Source of the DNA: Escherichia phage LYE-01
DNA: 64,000 nucleotides
Sequence record: PQ303785.1
Direction: 5' to 3' (one strand)
A program made the position numbers and the translations under genes. Below, piece after piece: positions 17,656 through 27,900 of this stretch. Below the pieces are notes generated by a model. The model was not told the origin of the DNA. It searched no databases and saw only the letters and a list, made by a program, of their open reading frames with translations. Position 1 is the stretch's first letter, and the number at the start of each line of letters is the position of its first letter.

Positions 17656-17934
17656 ATGATTATTGATTCTCAATCTGTGGTTCAATATACAATCAAAATT
17701 GATATTTTAGAAAAGCTATATAAGTTTCTACCAAATTTATACCACTCAATTGTTAATGAATTAGTTGAAGAACTACATCTTGAAAATAATGATTTTTTGG
17801 TTGGAACTTATAAAGATAACTCAAAGGCGGGATATTTCTACGTAATTCCAGCTCCAGGAAAAAGTATTGATGATGTATTAAAAACTATAATGTTTTACGT
17901 CCATGATTACGAAATTGAAGATTATTTCGAATGA
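17656..17934 (+). CDS. arn: probable Arn (anti-restriction, McrBC inhibitor)
   Basis: 92 aa acidic protein at the T4 arn position before asiA. Confidence 0.55.
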   Translation: MIIDSQSVVQYTIKIDILEKLYKFLPNLYHSIVNELVEELHLENNDFLVGTYKDNSKAGYFYVIPAPGKSIDDVLKTIMFYVHDYEIEDYFE

Positions 17935-18083
17935 GTCATAATCTTGAAAAGGTAATCGAGCATAATGTAGCTCAGGAACGCGAGTCGTTCAAGGAATTCG
18001 TAGAAAAAATTTTTGAAGAAAATAACACAGACCAGTTTACAAATCGAGTGTCTGATGATATTATAATAAAGTCAACTAATTGA
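17931..18083 (+). CDS. small 50-aa ORF (asiA.1 position)
   Basis: ATGA overlap with arn stop; contains the asiA promoter; coding status uncertain. Confidence 0.3.
   Translation: MSHNLEKVIEHNVAQERESFKEFVEKIFEENNTDQFTNRVSDDIIIKSTN
18035..18067 (+). promoter_or_regulatory. early promoter for asiA
   Basis: GTTTAC 18035-18040, TATTAT/TATAAT around 18059-18067. Confidence 0.5.
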
Positions 18084-18095
18084 GTGGTATAGTTA

Positions 18096-18368
18096 ATGAA
18101 TAAAAACATTGATACAGTTCGTGAAATTATTACTGTTGCATCTATTTTGATTAAATTTTCCAGAGAAGATATTGTTGAGAATCGTGCTAATTTTATTGCA
18201 TTTCTGAATGAGATTGGAGTAACGCATGAAGGTAGAAAGTTAAATCAGAATTCATTCCGTAAAATTGTTTCTGAATTAACCCAAGAAGATAAGAAAACCC
18301 TCATCGACGAATTCAACGAGGGTTTTGAGGGTGTATATCGATATCTAGAGATGTATACAAACAAATAA
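18096..18368 (+). CDS. asiA: anti-sigma70 factor AsiA
   Basis: 90 aa, MNKNIDTVREIITVASILIKFSREDIVENRANFIAFL. Confidence 0.9.
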   Translation: MNKNIDTVREIITVASILIKFSREDIVENRANFIAFLNEIGVTHEGRKLNQNSFRKIVSELTQEDKKTLIDEFNEGFEGVYRYLEMYTNK

Positions 18369-19025
18369 TTATTTAGCCCTTCCTAATATTCTGGCCGCCT
18401 GAGAACATATTGATTCAAGGCGGTCATTACTTATATGATCATTTCTATACCAGTACATGGTTATCGTTCCAGCATAGATATTATCCAAATTAAAATATGG
18501 ACAACTGTACATGTAGTTTATTTCGGGAGTAGGCTTTTTAGTTGGTAAAAAAGCAAATTTTGAGTTGGAATAATAATGACGTCCATTTAAATGAACTGTA
18601 TATTCATCCATAGTTTTATCAACAGGATATCCTCCAAGTGATTTTTCGCTTATTGTTGAAGGTAATTTTCCTTCATATGCTATAATATCAACAAAATAGT
18701 TTAAGTTTTTAGGGCGGAAAGAATACACCGCACTAAAGTCTGCCTCAGATGATATATGAACTATCTGGAGTTGTTCCAGGGCGACAGATTCAAAGCGTGC
18801 ATTTCTTTCCTTTTCAATAATTTCACTGTATGTTTCATACTTTGATTGCTTATAGTACTCAAAGAAACTATCTCCCCTATACCAAACAATCGCCATTATA
18901 AACAAAAGAATTACGACAGCTACTCGGGAAGCAAGAACCTTCCCGGTAGCGTTATCTTTGAACAAGCGATCTAGAACACCCAACAGAATATCAGAGGGCG
19001 AAAATGATATTCTAGGTGCTGCCAT
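18369..19025 (-). CDS. t: holin T
   Basis: 218 aa, MAAPRISFSPSDILLGVLDRLF with one N-terminal transmembrane segment. Confidence 0.9.
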   Translation of the reverse strand: MAAPRISFSPSDILLGVLDRLFKDNATGKVLASRVAVVILLFIMAIVWYRGDSFFEYYKQSKYETYSEIIEKERNARFESVALEQLQIVHISSEADFSAVYSFRPKNLNYFVDIIAYEGKLPSTISEKSLGGYPVDKTMDEYTVHLNGRHYYSNSKFAFLPTKKPTPEINYMYSCPYFNLDNIYAGTITMYWYRNDHISNDRLESICSQAARILGRAK

Positions 19026-19055
19026 AGACCCTCCTTTTAAGGATATTTATTCAAA

Positions 19056-19835
19056 TTATACTCTTGGACCATATATTGCTCCAACGTTTTGCCATGTCGG
19101 TGTAGACCCTATGACGGCATAACCAGCAGCACCACCGTTATATTCTGTACCGTTCCCATGAATATTACATCTACCTCCTGCTGAGCCAACTTCACCGCCA
19201 TTCCCGCCTGTATATACCCAAAGAGACCCCTCACCGACAGATCCTGCACCCGGAGCGGAAATGGTGCCAGCGGTTGCACCAGCACCCATATGAGAGGAAG
19301 ACCCGCCAGCACCGAATGGGCGACCACCACCACCACCAAATGATAGTCTACCGTAGTTACCGCCGCCGCCACCGCCACCGCCGCCTGCAATAGCTCCACC
19401 ATTATTAATTCTTAGTCTCCCACCAATATCGTTTTGAATACAATGACCTCCAGCTGAGCCAGGACTATTGCTACCGCCATTACCGCCACGTCCATACATC
19501 GTTACGCCGTGTATATTCAACTGAACATATTCATTCGGTGTATCTCCGTACATGAAGAATAAAGGAACATCTTTAGAATATGATACTAAATCTCCAGTGA
19601 TATTAAACACTATAGGTGTACTACCTGCCTCAAAACATCTATCTCGGAACCATTGACCATTGAAGTTATGGTCTGCTCCAAGTGTATGAATAATTTCTCT
19701 TGAGCGACCTGCAAATTGACTCATCCAGCAAGGAACACCCAATCTTAATTGACCAGCTGCTTGACTCATCCAGCGCTGACCCGTTTCATTTACGGCTGAA
19801 CTTCCAATCCAGCCAGGAACTCCAACTACTGCCAT
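19056..19835 (-). CDS. 38: long-tail-fibre adhesin gp38, T2 type with glycine-rich motifs
   Basis: 259 aa; poly-Gly runs between variable segments; immediately downstream of gene 37. Confidence 0.8.
   Translation of the reverse strand: MAVVGVPGWIGSSAVNETGQRWMSQAAGQLRLGVPCWMSQFAGRSREIIHTLGADHNFNGQWFRDRCFEAGSTPIVFNITGDLVSYSKDVPLFFMYGDTPNEYVQLNIHGVTMYGRGGNGGSNSPGSAGGHCIQNDIGGRLRINNGGAIAGGGGGGGGGNYGRLSFGGGGGRPFGAGGSSSHMGAGATAGTISAPGAGSVGEGSLWVYTGGNGGEVGSAGGRCNIHGNGTEYNGGAAGYAVIGSTPTWQNVGAIYGPRV
19320..19390 (-). repeat. glycine-codon low-complexity runs within gene 38
   Basis: + strand CCACCACCACC... and CCGCCGCCGCCACCGCC... encoding poly-Gly. Confidence 0.8.
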
Positions 19836-19850
19836 AATTTATACTCCAAA

Positions 19851-19865
19851 GGGGGCATTTCCCCC
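19851..19865 (-). other. GC hairpin between genes 37 and 38
   Basis: GGGGG-CATTT-CCCCC in the 36-nt spacer. Confidence 0.4.
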
Positions 19866-19871
19866 TTGTTG

Positions 19872-22800
19872 TTAGAATTTAAAATATTTACTAATTTTGC
19901 GAGCAATTTTAGTAAAGAGAGGCGTTTTCAATTCTTTAATTTCTTCACTCATTTCCTGAATAGCCTTAATTAAAAGAGCATTCACTGTAGAGTTAGAAAT
20001 TGTTAAAATCTCTTCTGGGTTATCAAGAGATCCGACATTAGAAGTGCTAACAGCTTCCGGTAAAATTTCTTGTAAATCCTGCGCGATAATACCAATCTCA
20101 TGTGCGATGACTTCTCGGTCAGAAAGAGACTTAACTTTATCGTAGGTTTTAACTTTTAGTTTATTTACCTTATCTACCGCATTTTCTTCGTAGTCTTCAA
20201 CGTTAATTTTCAGACGACGGTCGGAACGAATATAAACATCGTTACAGTAAACCGACGCACTAGATGTGAAATCGCCATTTGCAGCCCATGAATACCAGCC
20301 GCCTTTGTTCATATGCATCATTACGGTAGCTTGACCACCGCCAGCATGAACACCCATTGCCGCAAGATGATCAACACCCCAATGAGTTGCTTTCCAAATT
20401 GAATATGCTCGGGTTTGTGAATCCTGACAATCTAAGAGAATACCAGCAGGACGGTTGCGCCAGTCATCCCAAGCACCACCAAAAACATCACCACGGATAA
20501 GAGCGTATTCACTATTATAAGGAACTTGCTCTCCCGCTTTAATCATTGCACCCTGGAAGTGATGACTAAATGAACCCCCATGATTATTTCGTATATGTAA
20601 AATACCCTCATCTGTAGCCCAGATAACAGCCTTTTCTGCATCGCTATCATCTCTAAACCAGATATGGCGAGCACCAGTTGAGTTTTTGATGGTTATTCCG
20701 CTAGGTCCATGCACGGTCAAAGAACCAGCAACATCAAACATCAAACTGTTATCTGTCCTGCGTTCAGCATAGAAGTGATAACCTTTTGAATCGCCGACTT
20801 CCAATACTGCCGCGCGACCAACTTCTGAATTTCCCCAATTGTTGATAGAGAATCGTTCAGAGCTATTATTCATCTGATTTAGGTATAATGTACCATCAGT
20901 GAATGTTTCGCCAAAGAAACGAGTTTTAATTGCACCTGTCGCTAAAGTACGTTCAGTGGAAAAATGGGCGCCTTGACTATCTTCTAACTGGATGATGTTA
21001 TCACGAGCGTTATTGCTATCACCCCAATGGTTAAATTTAAAATAATCTCGTGATCCTAAACGTCCGGCGTCAAAAGTCATCAAGCCTTTCATGTTAATAT
21101 CACCGCCGACCAGAACGTTATCCGGGAAGTTAACTGTACCATCAGCATTAAATCTTGATGTATGGCCCTGTGTTCCATCTTCTTTGATATGGTGTATCAC
21201 GAATGTACCTGAATTAATTTCAGTACCTAAAGACCAAACTGCTTTACCTTGAAGGTATTTTTGCTTAACAATCGGATAATATTTGTTTACAGCATCATCA
21301 TCGATTTCCTGGAAAATAGGAGCCGCTTGAACATATTGAATATCATAACCACCAGCGCCAGCGCCATGACCAACAAATTTAATATAGCCGTTCGCAGCGA
21401 ACGTATTGTAACTTGATTGTAAATCTGGAATAGTAACTTTACCGGTATCTAAAGCCATACTAAACGGGCGAAGTGGACCGATATCGCCATGTTTACCTTC
21501 ACCATAAGCAGTTGGAATAATATGAAGACTGCCTTCTGAACGTCTAAAAATAGCTCCATAATCTGCGTTCCAAATGCGAAGACCATTTACAGCATTTGTC
21601 GCGATTTCACCGGCTGCGCTGATTGTACCGTCAAATGTAGCATTTTTTACTACTGTAAAGTTTTCATTAACAATCTGGGTGCCATTTATAACCGATTCGA
21701 TTTTACCCGCAGTTGTTCGTTGAATATAATGCATCCATCCAATATCATCAGAAATTTCCATGACATTTTTACGGGTGCCTTCACTTGGATTAGTAAAAGT
21801 ATTTCCCCAAACAGCTATATACATGTTATCAACGGAGCTTTGACCCATGGTATAGCCTTTAAACATTAAAGTTGAATTATTATTTCTACCATCAATATTA
21901 ACCGAACCACCAATAACGTCAATATTGCCTGGAGTAACTAACAAACCGCCATGAGTATTAATGTTTGTGGTACCCTTACCGCGGAAATAGTGATGATAGT
22001 TACCGCCTTGATAATATCCTAAAAGAGTTTGACCGTCACCATACGCGTTATTATCATGGTAAGTAACAACAGTGGCTAATGCATAGTTTTCTGTCGGTGG
22101 CGTTGTCATAAGAATCCCATCCGGAGAATAACCCATAACCATTTTTCTAAGGCTTTGTGTTTCCGCAGGACCGTAAATGAAAGTTCTTGTTCCGTTGTTT
22201 ACTGCATGAAAATATCCGTCCTGATGCCATTTAAATCCGGTATCATTATCGCCAATAGCAATAGAACCTTTACCTAAGGCTGAATATGTCATAGGACTTG
22301 ATTCCATACCTACTGCAATTGAATGGCCTGCTTGAAGCCCACCGGAATAAGAAAATGACAACATGTAATCAGTAGGGGTTGAACCAGAATACCAACTGAT
22401 GCCGTTATTTTCACAAATTTCATGGAGCATTGCGGCCGCTGGGTCGGTACGTACAATGCGCAAATAGTTTTTATCTGTGTCAGAATTATTATTTGCTAAT
22501 GAAGATATATCATAATCGCCCGTCTTCTTCCCATCTGTAATAACTTTATCGGTCAGAATTTGTGGAGACGAAATAGATTTCCATGCTGATACTTCAGGTG
22601 AAGTAAATAGGCCACTGCCTGAAAATGCATAGGTGCTTTCATCACCAGCGGCGTAGTCTTGAACCCTGATATTAAGTACTTGTGTAGTTAATCCATCATT
22701 AGCCGGGGCATAAATTATTCCGCGTTCGCGGTTATTGCCATCGAAAAAACGAACATGCGCTGTACCTGAACTTTTTGTAATAAGTTCTCCGCCCTCAGTC

Positions 22801-23114
22801 ATAATCTGCCCGGCGGCAATAATATCGCGAGTTACTCGAGCAATACCAGTTAAATTAAAATTACCTGTCTGAGTGAAAGCGCCATTTAAAGTATAATCAC
22901 CAGTTTGATTATAGTTTCCTATATGAATAACATTCCCGTCAATGCTACCGCCCTTAGCAAAACCAAGATCAATGATATTTCCTTGGTCGTCTTTAGTAAA
23001 AAGTACGCGGTCTTTTAAGTTTATAGCCAATTCACCTTCGGCTAATACTGAAGCGGCAGGACGTGCTCCTGCAGTTTTGCTTCTTTTAAATTGTATTTGT
23101 TTTAAAGTAGCCAT
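19872..23114 (-). CDS. 37: long tail fibre distal subunit gp37
   Basis: 1080 aa; fibre repeats; C-terminal SDRRLK chaperone-like segment. Confidence 0.85.
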   Translation of the reverse strand: MATLKQIQFKRSKTAGARPAASVLAEGELAINLKDRVLFTKDDQGNIIDLGFAKGGSIDGNVIHIGNYNQTGDYTLNGAFTQTGNFNLTGIARVTRDIIAAGQIMTEGGELITKSSGTAHVRFFDGNNRERGIIYAPANDGLTTQVLNIRVQDYAAGDESTYAFSGSGLFTSPEVSAWKSISSPQILTDKVITDGKKTGDYDISSLANNNSDTDKNYLRIVRTDPAAAMLHEICENNGISWYSGSTPTDYMLSFSYSGGLQAGHSIAVGMESSPMTYSALGKGSIAIGDNDTGFKWHQDGYFHAVNNGTRTFIYGPAETQSLRKMVMGYSPDGILMTTPPTENYALATVVTYHDNNAYGDGQTLLGYYQGGNYHHYFRGKGTTNINTHGGLLVTPGNIDVIGGSVNIDGRNNNSTLMFKGYTMGQSSVDNMYIAVWGNTFTNPSEGTRKNVMEISDDIGWMHYIQRTTAGKIESVINGTQIVNENFTVVKNATFDGTISAAGEIATNAVNGLRIWNADYGAIFRRSEGSLHIIPTAYGEGKHGDIGPLRPFSMALDTGKVTIPDLQSSYNTFAANGYIKFVGHGAGAGGYDIQYVQAAPIFQEIDDDAVNKYYPIVKQKYLQGKAVWSLGTEINSGTFVIHHIKEDGTQGHTSRFNADGTVNFPDNVLVGGDINMKGLMTFDAGRLGSRDYFKFNHWGDSNNARDNIIQLEDSQGAHFSTERTLATGAIKTRFFGETFTDGTLYLNQMNNSSERFSINNWGNSEVGRAAVLEVGDSKGYHFYAERRTDNSLMFDVAGSLTVHGPSGITIKNSTGARHIWFRDDSDAEKAVIWATDEGILHIRNNHGGSFSHHFQGAMIKAGEQVPYNSEYALIRGDVFGGAWDDWRNRPAGILLDCQDSQTRAYSIWKATHWGVDHLAAMGVHAGGGQATVMMHMNKGGWYSWAANGDFTSSASVYCNDVYIRSDRRLKINVEDYEENAVDKVNKLKVKTYDKVKSLSDREVIAHEIGIIAQDLQEILPEAVSTSNVGSLDNPEEILTISNSTVNALLIKAIQEMSEEIKELKTPLFTKIARKISKYFKF

Positions 23115-23122
23115 AAGTCCTC

Positions 23123-23779
23123 TTAATAATAGCCGAAATCTTGAACAGAATCCTTAATAACAATTTGATCAAATCGTGGAACATGTGAAGGTTGAGATGC
23201 AGGATTCTGCGAAAAAAGGTTTGGCGCAGTTAAATTTCCTGTCATAGTATCTCCAGAGCGTAATACCCTAGAGTTTGCGTTTGCTGTAACAATATTTATT
23301 GCTCCATCAACATAATCTTTCCGTGTAAGGTCATAATTATTTACTGGAGATAATGAAGTTGCGCGTATTTGTGATGCTTCAATTACACCCTTTGAGCTAA
23401 TATCTCCATTTCGCGTGTTAATTACTACAGTTCTACCCGCTGAACCCTGTGATGATTTAAAACCAATACCATACCACGAAACAATATCCATATTTGTAGT
23501 ATCATATGTGGCATTATCACCAGGACCAGCAAAAATACCGTTGTCACCTGACCCTGCACCAGGAACAGTCATTCCTTTATTAAAAATTACTTTATTTAAA
23601 TACGTACCACCGTTAGCTTTAGAAACGAAATCGTTATCAGCAGCTTGTGGCTTATTATATTCTGAATATATTTTAAATGATTTATAGAGTACATCGTCAC
23701 CGGCTGGATTCAATGGAAAATTTCCTTGATGCCAAATGACAGAGCCTCCAGTTGTTGAACCTACTTTTAAATCAGCCAT
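23123..23779 (-). CDS. 36: long tail fibre subunit gp36
   Basis: 218 aa; late promoter upstream; synteny. Confidence 0.8.
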   Translation of the reverse strand: MADLKVGSTTGGSVIWHQGNFPLNPAGDDVLYKSFKIYSEYNKPQAADNDFVSKANGGTYLNKVIFNKGMTVPGAGSGDNGIFAGPGDNATYDTTNMDIVSWYGIGFKSSQGSAGRTVVINTRNGDISSKGVIEASQIRATSLSPVNNYDLTRKDYVDGAINIVTANANSRVLRSGDTMTGNLTAPNLFSQNPASQPSHVPRFDQIVIKDSVQDFGYY

Positions 23780-23802
23780 TGTATGCCCCTTTATTTTAAT
23801 AG

Positions 23803-23810
23803 TATTTATA
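23803..23810 (-). promoter_or_regulatory. late promoter (TATAAATA on - strand) for gene 36
   Basis: + strand TATTTATA between gene 35 terminator and gene 36 start. Confidence 0.65.
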
Positions 23811-23818
23811 AAGAAAAA

Positions 23819-23836
23819 GGGAACCCGAAGGCTCCC
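23819..23836 (-). terminator. terminator after gene 35
   Basis: - strand GGGAGCC-TTCG-GGTTCCC followed by a T-run. Confidence 0.6.
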
Positions 23837-23841
23837 TCAAT

Positions 23842-24960
23842 TTATACTTCTCTAAATTCTTGCCCAAATACTTTACCAGCTTTAGACGATGCTTGCGTAG
23901 GAAGTACCATTATATCCGGAGGTGAAGCAGATTCACAGATATAATTAACACGAATGCCGTTGATACCAAATTCAGCAGGTTTCGAAATACTTCCATTTCT
24001 TGACACTTCCGAAAAGCTTAAATTCCTCATGCCACCTTGACCAGCTTGAGCAGTTCTTTGTGCATATATCGTAAATCCTACTGCATTTTCTGGAATAACT
24101 ACATAATCTTCCTTTAATTCCCATGACCCAGCTTGTCCAGTAAACTCAGCATGTGTTGAAGAAATATATCCATTTGATGCATCATAAAAACGAATGGATA
24201 TATTTGTAGTTCCAAGATCAAGTAAATCAGCATCAGCATATAACTGTGCTTTAAGATAAAGAACATCACCAGGAATTAAATTATAATCAGATAGTTTACT
24301 TATAGCAGCTGAAGTTGGTAATCGCGCAATTTCGTTATTAGTTCCACCAACTGCTGACATAAATTGCTCGACACTTTCATATGTTCTTTTAGGAAATCCT
24401 GTAGCTCCGACGTCTTCTAAACTATCAAATACAACATCTAAAATAGTTTGATAGTCATCTGTGCTTTTTCTATTACTTAGTTTAACATGTTCCAATGCAA
24501 TAGCTCTTTTAGAAGAAGTATAAAAGGCAGCATATGATACGTCAAATCTTGACAATACAGAATCAGATGGAAAAGCAGACGTTCCTGCGGTTCTTATCCA
24601 AGATACTACCTCAGGAGGAAAATTAACTTTTCCGTTAGTTAATATAGCAACAAGTCTATTATTCGTCAAAGAGTTCATGAAACCAACAAAAGCAGCTGAT
24701 GTAGTATCATTTGAAGCCGAAAAAGCATATGACTTACTATCAACTAATGCTCCTGTAGAAGGGTCAAAAACTCTTAAATGAAGTCCTGCGCTAAATGTTT
24801 GACTTCCAACAGGATTATCCTGAAATTTAACGTATGGTCCTTCTGCAGTAGAAAGCGGGCAAGAACCCGCTATACTTATTTTATATCTTACTGAATTGCT
24901 TTCCGATAAAAATGGCGTTTGGACATATCCTTGTCCAAACTCTGCCATAAATTTTTCCAT
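23842..24960 (-). CDS. 35: long tail fibre hinge gp35
   Basis: 372 aa (T4 gp35 length); synteny. Confidence 0.8.
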   Translation of the reverse strand: MEKFMAEFGQGYVQTPFLSESNSVRYKISIAGSCPLSTAEGPYVKFQDNPVGSQTFSAGLHLRVFDPSTGALVDSKSYAFSASNDTTSAAFVGFMNSLTNNRLVAILTNGKVNFPPEVVSWIRTAGTSAFPSDSVLSRFDVSYAAFYTSSKRAIALEHVKLSNRKSTDDYQTILDVVFDSLEDVGATGFPKRTYESVEQFMSAVGGTNNEIARLPTSAAISKLSDYNLIPGDVLYLKAQLYADADLLDLGTTNISIRFYDASNGYISSTHAEFTGQAGSWELKEDYVVIPENAVGFTIYAQRTAQAGQGGMRNLSFSEVSRNGSISKPAEFGINGIRVNYICESASPPDIMVLPTQASSKAGKVFGQEFREV

Positions 24961-24968
24961 AATACCTC

Positions 24969-27900
24969 TTATTCAACCCATTCAAATTTAACCGTTTTAT
25001 TCACTGGGTCAGGAATAATGCGAACATTACCAATTCGTAAGAAATCACGAATAGTAAGATTCCCCATTATAGCATTATCAGATGGTAAAGCACCGATATC
25101 AGATGGCTGAGGAGGGTTACCTCCATCAAATACCTGAACAAAGCTTGACCAAGAATTTTTGGTTTTCTGCCATGTACGCGTCCAGCGAGTGGTGCGCGCT
25201 TCTGGGGTCGTTGGATAAGTAATCCAATCTTGGTAAAGCGAATCGAGTGTGTTACCAAATTGAGTCAGCGTACCAGGAGATTTAACCTCTTCACCGCGTT
25301 CTAAGTATGGAAGCCCAGTCACTTCATTAGTTTTTTCAACCATTTTAAAATAACCCGGGAACTGGTTATAAGTGGCTGAATCATTAATATCGATTGACCA
25401 GAATCCTACAGTATCAGATGTTGGCGCCCGGGTATATAAATCAGAGGTTTTAGTACCCTGAGAACGAATTCTCGAGTTAACAGTTAAACCACCTGAAGTT
25501 ATAGTAGCACCTTTGGCAATGATTAAGCTTTCACCAATTGTAACCTGACCAGATTGATTATTAATTGATAATGGACGTAATCCATTAAACCCACCAGTCT
25601 GATCACCAGATGCAGTAAGCATAAAATAGGTGTTAGCACCATCATTACGAATAAAGAATCCGTAATCACCATTTATTGCTCTAAAAGCATTCGACGATTT
25701 ACTGATAAATTCGCCATTAGCAGTAACTGAACTACCGAATGTTGCAACGCCATTCGCATTCAATGTTCCTGAAGCATTCACATTTATCGGTGTTACTGTA
25801 CCATTGATATTAAATGTTATATTACCAGCTTTATTGCGCTGAGAATAAAAGTGACTAGACGTTTCATCACTAACTTCAAATACAGTAGAACGCGTTGTGT
25901 CTGATTCACCACTAAATTGATTTCCCCACACTTTGACTGTCATCGTTTGAGCCGGGTTCGTTCCAGTTTGAGGTCCTTTCTCAAAAATCAGACGAGTTGC
26001 TGTTCCAGTATTAGAAATGGTTAGTGTACTATTTGCTGAAACTGATCCACCGAACGTAGCAGTACTAGATGATACAAGAGGGGCACTCAGATTCGTTTGT
26101 TGGGTTAAGGTTAGTGAACCATTAACCGTTTGTGCAATATCCCTACGAATGAACTGAGATGAATCTAGACCATCCAGTAAATTACTATCTACAGCTTTTG
26201 CTTTTAACGGCAAATAATTTGCTAATACACGGTTTAATTCGTATGGCGATACTGCATAACTATTTTTCTCGTACAATTCTAATGACTGTGTTGAACCAAC
26301 TGTATCATTACCAACGAATGTAATTGAACCAGATGAAGTTTTAACAAAACCTCTTACCAGAGTAGTAGCTGCCCAAGTAGGTTCACTCTGCACAATCCAT
26401 TTTAAATTTTTTGGAGATACAGCAGTATTTGCTGACGTTCCAGCTACAGTTTCAGACTGAGTTGCAACTTTAATAACGCCTTCCTGTGCTTCAGTAGATT
26501 TAGTACCTAAAAGCTTTTTAGGAGTTATTAAAACATTATCCAATGTTCCTGCAGCAGCTTCAACTTGCGTAGCCACACGAAGTGTACCACGCTGTGTCTC
26601 ATTTGCTTCAAGAATATTAAGGGTATAATGGTCCCAGAGAGTTCCTGATTCAACTAATCCAGATAGAGCAACAACAGAAGTACGATCAGTACTATTAAAT
26701 CTGGTTTTAATTTTTAATGGTGTAGAGATACGAGTATCGTCGACGCCTGCGTCGAATTCAACTTGCGTAGCAATTTCAGCTATACCACTTAAACTTTCAG
26801 TTGCTTTACGGCCATTTAAAGTTTTAGGAGTGACTGCACGAGTATAATCAGTTCCTGTATTAACTTCACTTTGCGTAGCAATTTCAATTAAACCAATTCT
26901 TGCATCAGTTGATGTCTTTTTATGTAACGTTTCTGGCGTTACAACCGCATTTGCCCATCCTTCTTGACTCTGTCCAGCAATTACTTCACTTTCAACTGCT
27001 AAAATTACTGCACCTTGTTGGGTTGGAGTAGCTTTATACTGATCCAAAGCTTTAGGCGAAACAACTAAATTATTAGTGTTTTTATTATAAACATTTGTAC
27101 CATTTAATTCACGACTAGAAGCTGCAGTAGCTCCTGCAGTAGATACAAAAGTTACAATACCAGATAATGATTCAGAACCTTGACGAGCTTGAAGCTTTTT
27201 AGGAGTGATGATTGTAGTATCATCAGTACCTGCATTAGTTTCTTGCTGTGTAGCAATTTCAGCAACACCTCTACGAGTTTCTGTAGCAGTTCTTTCATTC
27301 AGCTTTTTAGGAGTGACGATAATATCATCAGCAAAAGAGAATGTAGTATCCTGGTTCACTTGAGCAGTGGTTGCTATTCTTGCGATACCTCTACGAGTTT
27401 CTGTAGCAGTACGGTTAGCTAATGTTTCTGGGGTAATTGCTAATTCTTTTTGCGGAGAATTTTCTAAATCAGCATTTGCTTGAGCTTGTGTAGCTAAAGC
27501 AATTACGCCTAATCTTGCTCTAGTAGAATCATTTAAAGAATCAACTCTTTCAACTGTTGGCACGTTTTGCTGCACCACCCAGTATTTTCCATCAGAATCT
27601 TCTATATAAGCAAGCTGTAAAACTGGAACATAATTAGTTTCGCCGTTAAAAACTAATTCTTGAACAGTCACCCATTCAGCTTCAGGCGGATACTCTGAAC
27701 GTTTTGGGAATTGCAACAATTGAACTGAAGAAGCAATTTTATCTTCACCGGCAGCTTTGATTTTAACTGTTTGGCCTTTTCTCATGTAATTCATGGAAAT
27801 TTTAACAGTATCACCAATGGAAATATCGGTTGGAAGTTGAAGTTCAATTGTTTGGGTTGTTCCGTTATTCGCTCCAAATACCATGACTTCTTCATTTGGA

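Noticed and set aside
19026-19055. Possible late promoter for holin gene t (AATAAATA on - strand)
   Set aside because: One mismatch to TATAAATA and only 30 bp of spacer; a late promoter may lie inside gene 38 but could not be pinned down.
19109-19402. Minus-strand ORF in an alternate frame inside gene 38
   Set aside because: Artefact of the GGN-codon runs; the gene 38 frame is the long one.
22942-23157. Plus-strand ORF across the gene 37 / gene 36 junction
   Set aside because: Antisense to two late structural genes; no signals.
27180-27422. Plus-strand 80-aa ORF with internal repeats inside gene 34
   Set aside because: Mirror image of the gene 34 coding repeats read in antisense.
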